A DNA stretch of 64,000 nt from Bacteroidales bacterium (GCA_040880545.1 JBBDIE010000151.1:10617-74616), one strand, 5' to 3'; positions 19,071 to 29,455 are shown, counted from the stretch's first letter. Translations and numbers: made by a program. The notes: generated from the sequence alone by a model not told the origin.

Positions 19071-20355
19071 CTTATTAATAGCTTTTTTCGCAGTATTTTC
19101 TATACCTGCAATTTCACAGGTTAATACATATTCCCCATATACCAGGTTTGGACTTGGCGATATGTCGCGGGAAGGATTTGGTCAGAACCTGGCCATGGGT
19201 GGGACGGGTATCGCCATAAAAGACAGCGACAAGCTTAATTACCTGAACCCTGCAGCGTACACTGCCAGGGACAGTATGTCGGTACTGCTCGATTTTGGTA
19301 TGAATGCCTATATGAATAATTATGCCACTACGCAGCTCAAAAACCGGTGGAACAATGCAAACTTTCATCACATAGCCCTTTCGGTACCCATTGGAAAACA
19401 CTTTGCCATGGGAACAGGAGTTGTTCCCTTCAGTTCTGTGGGATATAAGATCAAGCAGGAATATGATGACCTGGGGACAGGAGACGCAATTGATTATTAT
19501 TTCCAGGGTGAAGGAGGTATTATGAAATTTTTCATGGGAATCTCAGCGGAGATGTTCAACAGGGTATCGGTTGGTGTGAACATGAATTACCTGCTGGGAG
19601 ATATCACCAGGCAGCGATCGATCACTTTTCCCAGGAACAGGGGATTTGCAGAAACACAATCCCTGGAAGAGATCATCATCAGCAATACCTACTTTGGATT
19701 TGGAATACAGTACAAGGAAGTATTTTCCGATAAATTCTTTTTCACCATCGGCGGCACTTACGATCTTGAAGCAAATCTGAATTCTGCATTCAACTCCACT
19801 GTTACAAACTATTTTCCCGGATCACCTGGAATTATCAATGACTCTCTCCCCATTTATACCGAATTCGATATAAAAAATGATAAGACGGACCAGACCATTA
19901 CGATCCCATCAAAAATAGGTGTTGGCGTTGCATTTGGCATCCCGAAAAAACTGACTGTTACGGGCGATTACTATTTGCAGGACTGGAATTCGGTCGATAA
20001 CTCCGGCTTGTATGAGGACGGATTTGATCTCGCCACGGCAAGTTCCATACACGCGGGTATTGAGTATATTCCTGATTTCGAAGCATTCAGAGGATATCAT
20101 AACCTGATGAGTTACAGGATCGGAGCATACAAAAATGAATCCTATGTAAAGATCGGGGATTACCAGCTGGAAGATTATGGCATAACATTTGGAGTAGGAT
20201 TCCCGATAGATAGAGCCAATTCATCGTTAAACGTGGCATTTACCTTTGGTTCAAGGGGTACACTTGAGAACAATTTAATAAAGGAAAATTATGGTATTTT
20301 GACATTTAGTTTAACTTTGCACGATCTTTGGTTTTATAAAAGAAAATTTGACTAA
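19045..20355 (+). CDS. Predicted outer-membrane beta-barrel protein (uncharacterised)
   Basis: It has a signal peptide (LLIAFFAVFSIPAISQ). The sequence is rich in alternating aromatic/Gly beta-strand patterns and ends in a terminal aromatic segment (..LHDLWFYKRKFD). It overlaps the coaX 3' end by 26 nt. Confidence 0.55.
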   Translation: MRKTKIRISLLIAFFAVFSIPAISQVNTYSPYTRFGLGDMSREGFGQNLAMGGTGIAIKDSDKLNYLNPAAYTARDSMSVLLDFGMNAYMNNYATTQLKNRWNNANFHHIALSVPIGKHFAMGTGVVPFSSVGYKIKQEYDDLGTGDAIDYYFQGEGGIMKFFMGISAEMFNRVSVGVNMNYLLGDITRQRSITFPRNRGFAETQSLEEIIISNTYFGFGIQYKEVFSDKFFFTIGGTYDLEANLNSAFNSTVTNYFPGSPGIINDSLPIYTEFDIKNDKTDQTITIPSKIGVGVAFGIPKKLTVTGDYYLQDWNSVDNSGLYEDGFDLATASSIHAGIEYIPDFEAFRGYHNLMSYRIGAYKNESYVKIGDYQLEDYGITFGVGFPIDRANSSLNVAFTFGSRGTLENNLIKENYGILTFSLTLHDLWFYKRKFD

Positions 20356-20377
20356 TTTATTTTTTGGAAAACTTTGA

Positions 20378-21727
20378 ATGATGAAAACTGTAACATTTAG
20401 GTCACTATTCCTGATAATTTTGGCATTTCTTATGCTGGTGCCGGTAATGTCACAGACGGGGGCCTCCGAAGGCTCAAAGTACGGTCAGGGGCAGGACAGT
20501 ATTAATTGTCTTATGAATCTCTCGTTGTATAAGGAATTTTTCAAGCATAATAATTATAAAGATGCCATTATTTCCTGGAGAATAGTATTCGACGAGTGCC
20601 CGGCTTCTAGTCAGAATATGTATGTCGATGGCGTCAGAATGTACAAAAACTTTCTTTCCGGAGAGAAGAATCCGGATGTGGCAGAAGGGCTGATTGATAC
20701 GATTATGTTGATCTACGACAGGAGAATGGAATATTTCAATGATGAATCAAACGTATTGGGAAGAAAGGCCACGGACCTGTTAAGGTACAGAAAAGACAAC
20801 CTGAAGTACGTTCAAGAAGCTTATGGCTATCTGGGAAAGAGTATCGAGCTTGCACCGGATGATGCCAGGGATGCCATTCTGATACTCTTTGTAAATTCCA
20901 GTATATCGCTGCATAAGGCAGGTGTACTTTCACAGGACCAGACTATTAATGACTATTTCATTGCAAGTGAAATAATCGACAACAATCTTGAGAGTAATCC
21001 CAGGGACACACGAATGAAGCGGGCCAAAGAGAATGTGGATGAGTTTATACTGGGAGAGGGCGTATTAACCTGCGAATCTTTGAATAATTATTACAAGCCC
21101 CGGTTTGAAGCGAATAAAAGTGATGAGACTTTCATTAATAAGATGATCGATTTTTACTACACCAGTGGATGTGACAGATCTGACCTGTATGCAGCAGCCT
21201 CCGAGCAACTGTATGCCATCAATCCGGATCATGAGTCGGCCTACAAACTAGCCCGTTTATTTGTTGGAAAAGAGGATTATACAAAAGCTATCACCTATTA
21301 TAAAGAGGCAATTTCGGGTGATGCCAATAACAAAGCTAAAGCACAATATTACTACGAGCTGGCTCAGGTAACCAGGGCAATGGGTAATACCTGTCAAAGC
21401 ATTGAGTTTGCTCGTGAGGCTGTAAAATTGAATGATAAGCTGGGTGATGCATATATCCTGCTGGGTGATGCATACATTGAAAGCAGGGATAATCTTGGTG
21501 ATGAATTTGAAAGGAGAGCTGCTTTCTGGGCAGCGGCCGATAAATATATTATGGCGAAAAATATGGACGCTACCAAAGCTTCAGATGCAAATAAAAGGAT
21601 CAACGACTATGCATCGCAATACCCCGACAGTGAAGCATGTTTCTTCCGTTCCCTGAAAGAAGGGGACTCCTATCTTGTAAAAGGTTGTATAAACGAATAC
21701 ACAACGGTACGAACGCGGAAATTATAA
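20378..21727 (+). CDS. Secreted tetratricopeptide-repeat (TPR) protein
   Basis: It has a signal peptide (LFLIILAFLMLVPVMSQ). TPR-like helices include YTKAITYYKEAISGD, AQYYYELAQV and LGDAYILLGDAYIE. Confidence 0.65.
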   Translation: MMKTVTFRSLFLIILAFLMLVPVMSQTGASEGSKYGQGQDSINCLMNLSLYKEFFKHNNYKDAIISWRIVFDECPASSQNMYVDGVRMYKNFLSGEKNPDVAEGLIDTIMLIYDRRMEYFNDESNVLGRKATDLLRYRKDNLKYVQEAYGYLGKSIELAPDDARDAILILFVNSSISLHKAGVLSQDQTINDYFIASEIIDNNLESNPRDTRMKRAKENVDEFILGEGVLTCESLNNYYKPRFEANKSDETFINKMIDFYYTSGCDRSDLYAAASEQLYAINPDHESAYKLARLFVGKEDYTKAITYYKEAISGDANNKAKAQYYYELAQVTRAMGNTCQSIEFAREAVKLNDKLGDAYILLGDAYIESRDNLGDEFERRAAFWAAADKYIMAKNMDATKASDANKRINDYASQYPDSEACFFRSLKEGDSYLVKGCINEYTTVRTRKL

Positions 21728-21813
21728 AGATACAGCAGAAAACTGCCTGTAGGGTTGATCCCATTTTTATTCTTGAAATGGTTCATTAACTTTAGAGGCA
21801 GTTTTTTTATATA

Positions 21814-22374
21814 ATGGATACAACTATCTACAGGCCGGTTATCATCTTTATCTTCACAATGCTGCTTTCAGCATGCGAAAACGATATTGAAAAAATTAAT
21901 CTGCTTAATGCCGATGCAAATTACCCGGATTTGATCGGTGAAGGTATTGAGGTCATTTACAGTGATTCAGCCAAAGTGAAGGTTCAGATGTTTGCATCTG
22001 AGTTGAAGCAATATAATAACGCGGAAAAACCTTACAGTGAGTTCCCAAAAGGAATAAAAGTCATCTTTTTCGATGACTCATTGCTCGTAGAGTCTGAAAT
22101 TCAGGCTAATTATGCAATCTATTATTACGAAGAGAAGCTGTGGCACGCGAAGGATAATGTGGTGGCTCAGAATTTTAAATCGGGGGAAAGACTCGATTCC
22201 GAGGAACTATTCTGGGATGAAGAGAAAGAGCTGATATACTCCGAAACCTATACCAGAATTGTAAATGAAAACGGCACATTTTACGGAGAAAAAGGTTTCA
22301 GATCTAACCAGGGATTATCCGACTACACACTCATTGGTTCCAGTGGTGTGGTGAATATCAATGAAGATGAATAA
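21814..22374 (+). CDS. lptC: LptC-family LPS export periplasmic protein (lipoprotein-type signal)
   Basis: It is 186 aa with an N-terminal LLSAC lipobox. The OstA/LptC-like beta-jellyroll pattern reads IEVIYSDSAKVKVQMFA..AKDNVVAQN..GERLDSEELFWDEEKELIYSE. This is the typical Bacteroidota context upstream of a GldE-like gene. Confidence 0.6.
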   Translation: MDTTIYRPVIIFIFTMLLSACENDIEKINLLNADANYPDLIGEGIEVIYSDSAKVKVQMFASELKQYNNAEKPYSEFPKGIKVIFFDDSLLVESEIQANYAIYYYEEKLWHAKDNVVAQNFKSGERLDSEELFWDEEKELIYSETYTRIVNENGTFYGEKGFRSNQGLSDYTLIGSSGVVNINEDE

Positions 22375-22549
22375 AGCAGGAAACATTCTTGAAATTATAT
22401 GGTTCGTTATCGGCGGATTATTTTTGTTTATCGGAATCGATAAAACGATCGAAAGTGGTTTTGGTGAGAGCTGGCACTATTTACTGTTCGCCATATTGTC
22501 ATTGTTAATGTATCTTCGCAGAAGAAGTATACGCATTTCAAACAAATAG
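22361..22549 (+). CDS. Small 2-TM membrane protein (62 aa), hypothetical
   Basis: It has two clear hydrophobic helices (ILEIIWFVIGGLFLFIGI and WHYLLFAILSLLMYL). It is tightly packed, overlapping lptC by 14 nt and ending 1 nt before the next start. Confidence 0.45.
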   Translation: MKMNKAGNILEIIWFVIGGLFLFIGIDKTIESGFGESWHYLLFAILSLLMYLRRRSIRISNK

Positions 22550-22550
22550 G

Positions 22551-23813
22551 ATGCACGGTATTGTCATTATAATCATCTCCCTGCTCTTTTCTGCCTTCTT
22601 TTCCGGTATGGAAATTGCTTTCCTGACCTCCAATAAACTCCGGATTGAGATCGACAAAAAACACAAGGTTTTTGCCTCCAGGATCATCTCCATCTTTACC
22701 AGGAATCCGGCCAGATATATAGCCACAATGCTTGTTGGTAACAACATCGCATTGGTAATGTACGGTATCGCATTTGCAAGGTTACTGGAGGATCCCATAA
22801 CCAATCTTTTACACACCAATTCCCAACTGCTGGTGCTTCTGGTACAAACCATTTTATCCACACTGCTCATACTATTAACCGCTGAATTTCTGCCCAAGGC
22901 ATTGTTCAGGATCAATGCAAACGGAGCACTGCGTTTTTTCTCACTCCCGGTATTTATCTTCTATATTATCCTCTATCCGGTATCCCTCATTTCCATCGGA
23001 ATTTCAAATTTTACCCTTCGTTATATCATGAAGGTGAAACAGCAGGAGATAATCGGACAAACCGTATTTGGAAAAGTTGACCTGAGTCATCTTGTCACCG
23101 AAGGTAATTCCCATAAAGATGTGGCTGAATCGGATATCAAGGATCTGAAAATTTTTAAGAATGCACTGGAACTTTCCAGCCTGAAGGTTCGCGACTGTAT
23201 GATCCCCAGAACAGAAATTATTGCCATGGACATCGACAGCCCGGTTCAGCAGTTGGTCGATACATTTATCGAAACCGGCCTAAGCAGGATCCTGATCTTC
23301 AGGGACAACATCGATAATATCATCGGGTATGTGAATTCCAAGGATATGTTCCAGAACCCGGAACACACCGGCAACTACCTGAAAACTTTACCTGTTGTAC
23401 CGGAAACACTTCCGGTTAATATGATCCTCCGGTCCTTCATCAAAGACAGAAAAGGTATCGCCGTTGTTCTGGATGAGTTCGGCGGCACATCTGGAATGAT
23501 TACTACCGAAGATGTCATCGAAGAGATCTTTGGAGAGATCCAGGATGAACACGATACAACATCACTGGTCAGTCAGAAGATCGGCGATAACATTTACCGT
23601 TTGTCAGGACGACACGAGATCAATTACCTGAACGAGATTTTTAACCTGAACATACCTGAATCAGAAGAATACGACACCCTGGCAGGCTATATTATCTATC
23701 ATTTGAATAACATTCCGGGGCTGAATGAAACCATACAGATCAACAATTTCATTATGAAGGTGATCAAAGTGAGCGCCAACAGGGTGGAACTGGTGGAACT
23801 GGTTGTCAAATAA
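22551..23813 (+). CDS. CNNM/DUF21-CBS-CorC_HlyC family membrane protein (GldE-like 'hemolysin')
   Basis: The N-terminal DUF21 TM region contains EFLPKALF. A CBS pair is present (VRDCMIPRTEIIAMD.., IGYVNSKD). The CorC_HlyC C-terminus reads GGTSGMITTEDVIEEIFGEIQDEHD. Confidence 0.85.
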   Translation: MHGIVIIIISLLFSAFFSGMEIAFLTSNKLRIEIDKKHKVFASRIISIFTRNPARYIATMLVGNNIALVMYGIAFARLLEDPITNLLHTNSQLLVLLVQTILSTLLILLTAEFLPKALFRINANGALRFFSLPVFIFYIILYPVSLISIGISNFTLRYIMKVKQQEIIGQTVFGKVDLSHLVTEGNSHKDVAESDIKDLKIFKNALELSSLKVRDCMIPRTEIIAMDIDSPVQQLVDTFIETGLSRILIFRDNIDNIIGYVNSKDMFQNPEHTGNYLKTLPVVPETLPVNMILRSFIKDRKGIAVVLDEFGGTSGMITTEDVIEEIFGEIQDEHDTTSLVSQKIGDNIYRLSGRHEINYLNEIFNLNIPESEEYDTLAGYIIYHLNNIPGLNETIQINNFIMKVIKVSANRVELVELVVK

Positions 23814-23957
23814 CTATTTCCGATCAATTCTTATTTGCCTCTATTCTATAGAAATACGTTCCCTTTTTGCTTTGACTTCTTTTTTGTTTCAACCTATTAT
23901 TACTATATTCGTACGCTAAAAAAAATTGAAAAATACTGTAACTGAAATTAATTATAA

Positions 23958-26087
23958 ATGGCAACGCTTGAAAAGATCAGAAAAAGGGCTGGGATACTGG
24001 TTATGGGTGCAATTGGACTTGCTATGCTGGGCTTCATATTGGGTGACTTCAATATCCAACCGAGTACAAAAGTAGCTGAGATCAACGGGAAATCATATGG
24101 TGTAGAGGACTACCGCTCAGAACAGCAGGTTTTAAAGAATTTTTATGAAATGAATTACGGCGATAACCTGGATGCCCAGCTGGAACAGCAGATTGAAGAT
24201 GAGACATGGCGCAGGATGATCCGTAACTCTGTTATGGAAAATTCATACCGCTATCTTGGGATCGATGTGAGTGATGATGAACTGAAGGCCATGGTGGCAG
24301 GTGATCAGGCTGGTGGAGCCGGTATTGCTGCATTCAGGGAGCCCCACCCAATTATCCGTCAGATGTTCACTAATCCCGAAACCGGGGAATTCAACAGGTA
24401 TATCATGATGAACTACTTTAACTCCCTTGATCGTGAAGAGTATGCCCAGGAGAGACAAAGATGGATCTTCATTGAAAACGAAATCATCGAAGAACGGATG
24501 AACCAGAAATACCTCAGCCTGATCAGCAAAGGAATGAGGCCTTCATCTCTGGATGTCAGGGATTACCATGCAGAGAATTCAAAACAGGTGGATTTCAGTT
24601 TTGTGGCTAAAAATTTTACCAGTGTTGATGATAGCGATATTTCGGTAACTGAAAAGGAGCTGAAATCATATTACAAAGAGAATATCCAGCAATTTAAGCG
24701 CGATGAAGTACGGTCAATCGAATATGTTGCCTTCGACGTGATCGCCAGTGAAGGGGATGACGCCAATGCAAAACTATGGACCGTACAGACAAAGGCCGAG
24801 TTTTCAAGGATAGAAGATGATAAAGTAGTTTCGTATATTAACAGCATGTCGGATCAGCCTTTTGATGCCAGGTTTTATAATATTTCTGAGATTAATCCAA
24901 TTTTGAGAGATTCACTTCTTGGCATGGATGAACATACAATTTTCGGCCCCTACTTCGAAGATGATGCCTACAAGCTGTCCAAGGTGAATGATGTTCAGAT
25001 GCGTCCTGACTCAGTACGGGCAAGACACATCCTGCTTGGATACAACGACATCGGAGACGTTCAGCGTGCTGAAGAAATTGCCGACAGTTTGTTAACTGTT
25101 ATCAATAACGGGGGCAATTTCAATACCATTGCACGGGAATATTCCTCAGATGAAGCCAACAGGAGTATAGGGGGCGACCTTGGCTGGTTCGCAGAAGGTG
25201 AAATGGAAACACCGTTCAACAATGCCTGCTTTGATAACAGAACAGGAGATATTGTAAAAGTAAATACGCGTTACGGTGTACACATCGTTAAAATTGAAGC
25301 ACAAAGCCGTCCGATTGAAAAGTACCAGGTGGCAACCATCGTACACAGTGTATACCCGAGTAATGCAACCGACCAGGAGTATTACAACAGAGCAGTAAAA
25401 TTCAGGGGGAAAGCAACCAATATCGAAAAATTTGAAGAACAGGCCAGGGAATATGGACTCGACCCACGGGTTGTACCTGATATTTCCAAGGATCAGCGAT
25501 CCATTCCGGGTCTTGGCAATCCTGTGAATATCATTGGTTGGGCATTCAACTCGGAAAAGGGCGATGTAAGCTCGATATTTGAGGTGGATGATCAGTATAT
25601 AGTTGTAGCCATAACTGAAGTTCATGAAGGTGGGTATGCCAGTTTTGAATCTGTCAGGAGGGAAGTGGAACTTGCTGTAAAAAAGCAAAAGAAAGGAGAA
25701 TATATTGTTGAATCCATGAAAGCAGATCTCCAGAATGCAAATAGTATCGAATCATTCGCATCTGCTCAGAATCTTGAATTACAAGAGGCCAGCCAGGTGC
25801 TGTTTGCAAACACCTATGTATCCGGGATCGGACTTGAACCATATATTGTTGGAGCAGCCATGAACCTTCCTCCCGAAACTTTGGCAGGACCTTATATCGG
25901 TGAAAATAGTGTCTTTGTAATCAGTGTTACAAACCGTGGTGAGCCAGGAACAGTCAGAAGCATGGAAGAGATACAGCGGACGTTGAATAATTCATTGCAG
26001 TCAAGAACAAGTTATGAAGCTTATGATGCCATGTTGGACAAGGCTGAAATTGAAGATAACCGCCTGAAAGTATTTTACGGCAGGTGA
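23958..26087 (+). CDS. ppiD: PpiD-like periplasmic chaperone / parvulin-type peptidyl-prolyl isomerase
   Basis: It has an N-terminal membrane anchor (AGILVMGAIGLAMLGFILG). The parvulin domain reads VRARHILLGY..EYSSDE..GGDLGWFAEGEM..PFNNACF..VNTRYGVHIVKI. It is 709 aa. Confidence 0.7.
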   Translation: MATLEKIRKRAGILVMGAIGLAMLGFILGDFNIQPSTKVAEINGKSYGVEDYRSEQQVLKNFYEMNYGDNLDAQLEQQIEDETWRRMIRNSVMENSYRYLGIDVSDDELKAMVAGDQAGGAGIAAFREPHPIIRQMFTNPETGEFNRYIMMNYFNSLDREEYAQERQRWIFIENEIIEERMNQKYLSLISKGMRPSSLDVRDYHAENSKQVDFSFVAKNFTSVDDSDISVTEKELKSYYKENIQQFKRDEVRSIEYVAFDVIASEGDDANAKLWTVQTKAEFSRIEDDKVVSYINSMSDQPFDARFYNISEINPILRDSLLGMDEHTIFGPYFEDDAYKLSKVNDVQMRPDSVRARHILLGYNDIGDVQRAEEIADSLLTVINNGGNFNTIAREYSSDEANRSIGGDLGWFAEGEMETPFNNACFDNRTGDIVKVNTRYGVHIVKIEAQSRPIEKYQVATIVHSVYPSNATDQEYYNRAVKFRGKATNIEKFEEQAREYGLDPRVVPDISKDQRSIPGLGNPVNIIGWAFNSEKGDVSSIFEVDDQYIVVAITEVHEGGYASFESVRREVELAVKKQKKGEYIVESMKADLQNANSIESFASAQNLELQEASQVLFANTYVSGIGLEPYIVGAAMNLPPETLAGPYIGENSVFVISVTNRGEPGTVRSMEEIQRTLNNSLQSRTSYEAYDAMLDKAEIEDNRLKVFYGR

Positions 26088-26191
26088 TCCAATCCTGACC
26101 GGAGCGTACGGTAATTAGCAGCAACCGTGAGTTCTCAGAATAAAAGATTAAAAGGAGATACCCGATACTACAGAGTAACGGGTATTTTCAA

Positions 26192-26647
26192 TTAAGATGA
26201 GGAAAGTAACTGCCGTACAATGGTACTGATCATTTTACCATCAGCCCTGCCCGACAATTCGCTGGTGGCTCTTCCCATTACGGACCCCATCTGCTGCATA
26301 GAATCGGCACCCATATCACTGACCAGTTTTCCCAGGTAGGCACGTAGCTCCGCTTCGGTCAGTTGTGCGGGCATAAACGCCTCTATTACACGATACTCCT
26401 CCATCTCCATCTGATAAAGGTCATCCCTGCCCTGCTCCTTATAGATCGCTGCAGAATCCAGCCGTTGTTTTACCATTTTCTGAATGATTTTCAGCTCCTC
26501 TTCCTCTGAAAGGATATGACTTGCCCCCTTCTCAGTTTTTGCCATCATAAACGCGGCCTTTACCGAGCGGAGCGCCTCAAGCCTTCCTTTCTCCCTGGCC
26601 AGCATCGCCTTTTTTATCTCCTGGGTTATGGTTTCAAATAGTGACAT
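26192..26647 (-). CDS. yqeY: GatB/YqeY-domain protein
   Basis: MSLFETITQEIKKAMLAREKGRLEALRSVKAAF... is the canonical YqeY N-terminus. I prefer the ATG at 26647 over the listed 26674, because it removes the overlap with ftsZ. Confidence 0.8.
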   Translation of the reverse strand: MSLFETITQEIKKAMLAREKGRLEALRSVKAAFMMAKTEKGASHILSEEEELKIIQKMVKQRLDSAAIYKEQGRDDLYQMEMEEYRVIEAFMPAQLTEAELRAYLGKLVSDMGADSMQQMGSVMGRATSELSGRADGKMISTIVRQLLSSS

Positions 26648-26657
26648 GGTTTCGGTA

Positions 26658-28088
26658 TTAGTCAACGTTATCATGAAGATACGAATTATCTTCCCTTAAT
26701 TTTGGCGAATCTTTTTCATCATCTGACAGCCTGTAACGGGATACCTCTTCATTATCAGAATGATTTCCCGGATCGAGTTTCAGGTTCCTTCTTATATAGG
26801 CCGGAATATTTTCCAACTCCTCGATCTCGTTATCCTTTGATTGTGAAGTGTAACCAGTCTCTTTCAACCTTTCATGGGTCTCCTTCAGGTTACGGACACG
26901 GTCGGCCATCTTTTTTTCCTTATTCCCACGTGCTTTGTTATCTGTTGTCTGATCATATAATATGTACTCTTCAGGATTGCCCTCCTGTTTTTTATCGTCA
27001 AAATCAAAAGTCTGCTGCATAGGATTCACCGGTTTACCGGGCCTTTTCCTGTGCTCCTTGTCATCTCTGAGGGGTACGAAATCGATATGCTTTTTGTCCA
27101 GGTAAACATCCAGAATGTTGTTCATCTTAAACCCTGTGGCAATTACCGTGACACCAATCTTATCTTCCAGACCAGAATCATGTCCCATACCCCAGATCAG
27201 CGATGTCTCTTTGGTTGAGGAGGCGATTACATAGTCTGTGATCTCTGAGATTTCATCCATGGTGATCTCTTTCTTGCCCGAAGTAATATTCAACAAGATA
27301 CTTCGCGCCCCGGTAATCTCATTATTATTCAGCAACGGAGAAGTAAGTGCAGCTTCGATGGCTTTCACGGCCCTATTCTCTCCCTCTGCCGTGGCGGAAC
27401 CCATGATCGCACCGCCACTGTCGCTCATTACAGTTTGTACATCAGCGAAATCTACATTCACATAGCCAGGAACTGTGATAATTTCGGCGATACCCTTTGC
27501 CGCTGTGGCCAGGACATCATCTGCCCTGGCAAATGCCTCGCTTAGCGTAAGGTTCCCGTATATCTCCCTTAACCGCTCATTCTTAATGACCAACAGTGAA
27601 TCCACATGGTCCTTTAACTCATTGATCCCTTTGATGGCATGGTTGATTCTTTCCGGTCCCTCAAAACCAAACGGAATAGTTACGATGCCCACCGTGAGAA
27701 TGCCCATCTCCTTGGCCACTTTGGCAATTACCGGAGCGGCCCCGGTGCCTGTACCACCTCCCATGCCCGCTGTTATAAAGGCCATGTTGGTATTGGCCTC
27801 TAAAATCTCTTTGATGGCATCCAGGCTTTCCAGTGCAGCCTGCCTGCCAATTTCTGGCTTGCTGCCTGCTCCCCGGCCCTCTGTTAGAGATTCTCCCAAT
27901 TGCAGTTTCACCGAAACAGGACTGTTAGTCAGCGCCTGGGAATCTGTATTACAAACGATAAAGTTTACATCCTTTATCCCTCGCTTAAACATGTGGTTAA
28001 CAGCATTTCCTCCTCCGCCTCCCACTCCGATCACCTTGATGATCGACGACCTTTCCGGGTCAAGGTCAAAATTCAATATATCACTCAT
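26658..28088 (-). CDS. ftsZ: Cell division GTPase FtsZ
   Basis: Tubulin signature motifs are GVGGGGGNAVNHM and GGGTGTGAAPVIA. A C-terminal FtsA-binding-type peptide (ENIPAYIRR) is present. Confidence 0.97.
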   Translation of the reverse strand: MSDILNFDLDPERSSIIKVIGVGGGGGNAVNHMFKRGIKDVNFIVCNTDSQALTNSPVSVKLQLGESLTEGRGAGSKPEIGRQAALESLDAIKEILEANTNMAFITAGMGGGTGTGAAPVIAKVAKEMGILTVGIVTIPFGFEGPERINHAIKGINELKDHVDSLLVIKNERLREIYGNLTLSEAFARADDVLATAAKGIAEIITVPGYVNVDFADVQTVMSDSGGAIMGSATAEGENRAVKAIEAALTSPLLNNNEITGARSILLNITSGKKEITMDEISEITDYVIASSTKETSLIWGMGHDSGLEDKIGVTVIATGFKMNNILDVYLDKKHIDFVPLRDDKEHRKRPGKPVNPMQQTFDFDDKKQEGNPEEYILYDQTTDNKARGNKEKKMADRVRNLKETHERLKETGYTSQSKDNEIEELENIPAYIRRNLKLDPGNHSDNEEVSRYRLSDDEKDSPKLREDNSYLHDNVD

Positions 28089-28123
28089 AACTGCTAAGTT
28101 TAATTATTTCACCGATGAAGATT

Positions 28124-29455
28124 TTACATTTTAACATCACTTTCATCAAAAATATCACTCAGGGTGTTTTTCAGCCCTTCAAGGAGTTTTCCCCCCTTGA
28201 AACGATCCTTCATTTTTTTCTTTACCGGGTCATCCATAACGGTACTTCCTTCCGCTTCCTGGTCAAGCTTATTTACCTTTAACGACTCCTTTTTCTCTTC
28301 ATATACCTCCAGCCCTTTCAGCAGGAGCCCGATGGATGTGCTGTACATAGGTTGGTTTATCTCTTCAGGCGTGTCCGCTGCCAGGCACTCATTAGGATAA
28401 CCAATCCTTACATCCATTCCGGTTTTAAATTTCACCAACTGGTTCAGGTTTTTCAGCATGGCCCCGCCTCCCGTGAGAACGATACCAGCACTCAACTTAT
28501 CCATGTAACCCGAATTTTCAATCTCGTAGATAACTGCATCGATAATCTCCTCCATCCTGGACTGGATAATATAAGCGAGGCTCTTGAAACTGATCTCCTT
28601 AGGATCACGGCCCGAAATTCCGGGTATCGTAACCACTTTATCATCGTTGGCCAGATCACCCAAAGCAGATCCAAACTGTATCTTCAACGACTCAGCCTGT
28701 CGCTGCAGAATTGAACATCCTTCCTTTATATCCGTGGTTACTACATTGCCTCCAAATGGAATTACAGCAGTGTGTCTGATCACATCATCGTAATATACCG
28801 CCACATCAGTTGTCCCACCACCAATATCAACCAGTGCCACGCCGGCCTCTTTCTCATCTTCCGTCAGCACGGCCGCACTGGATGCCAATGGCTCCAGTAT
28901 CAGCTGCTTTACGTTTAACCCCACACGCTTGATGCATTTTTCAATGTTCCGTGCCGATGAGATCTGTCCGATCACAATGTGAAAATTTGCCTCCAGCCTC
29001 TTACCAAACATTCCCACAGGATTTTTAACACCTGTTTCGTTGTCTACAATGAAATTCTGCGGTAACACATGGATTATCTCTTCCCCAACATCCACGGGGA
29101 TCTTATACATGTCATCAATCAATGCCTGGATATCTTCCCTGGTAATCTCCTCTTCGTAGGTATCCCGGTTCACATAACCGCGGTTTCGAACGGACTTAAT
29201 GTGCTGTCCTGCAATTCCTACAAAAACTTCCGGGAAACTAAGTCCCGATTGCTCCTGTGCCATGGAGATTGTACTCTGAATGGCATGAACTGTCTCTTCG
29301 ATATTCAGAACAACACCCCGTTTTACTCCCTTGGAAGCAGATCTGCTTATCCCAAGAACTTCGAGCCTGTCATGCTCGTTTAACCGGCCGATCAGACTGA
29401 CGATCTTCGTTGTGCCGATATCAATTGCTGCAACTATTCTGTTTTTTTGAGCCAT
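28124..29455 (-). CDS. ftsA: Cell division protein FtsA
   Basis: Actin-fold motifs are AAIDIGTTKIV and DIGGGTTDVAVY. It lies in the ftsQ-ftsA-ftsZ context. Confidence 0.95.
   Translation of the reverse strand: MAQKNRIVAAIDIGTTKIVSLIGRLNEHDRLEVLGISRSASKGVKRGVVLNIEETVHAIQSTISMAQEQSGLSFPEVFVGIAGQHIKSVRNRGYVNRDTYEEEITREDIQALIDDMYKIPVDVGEEIIHVLPQNFIVDNETGVKNPVGMFGKRLEANFHIVIGQISSARNIEKCIKRVGLNVKQLILEPLASSAAVLTEDEKEAGVALVDIGGGTTDVAVYYDDVIRHTAVIPFGGNVVTTDIKEGCSILQRQAESLKIQFGSALGDLANDDKVVTIPGISGRDPKEISFKSLAYIIQSRMEEIIDAVIYEIENSGYMDKLSAGIVLTGGGAMLKNLNQLVKFKTGMDVRIGYPNECLAADTPEEINQPMYSTSIGLLLKGLEVYEEKKESLKVNKLDQEAEGSTVMDDPVKKKMKDRFKGGKLLEGLKNTLSDIFDESDVKM

Noticed and set aside
27475-28134. A 219-aa plus-strand ORF, with several shorter ones, lying antisense to ftsZ.
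   Set aside because: The minus-strand frame encodes an unmistakable FtsZ (GGGTGTGAAP etc.). The antisense product is low-complexity (Ala/Ser/Pro/Leu-rich) with no motifs, which is a typical shadow ORF.
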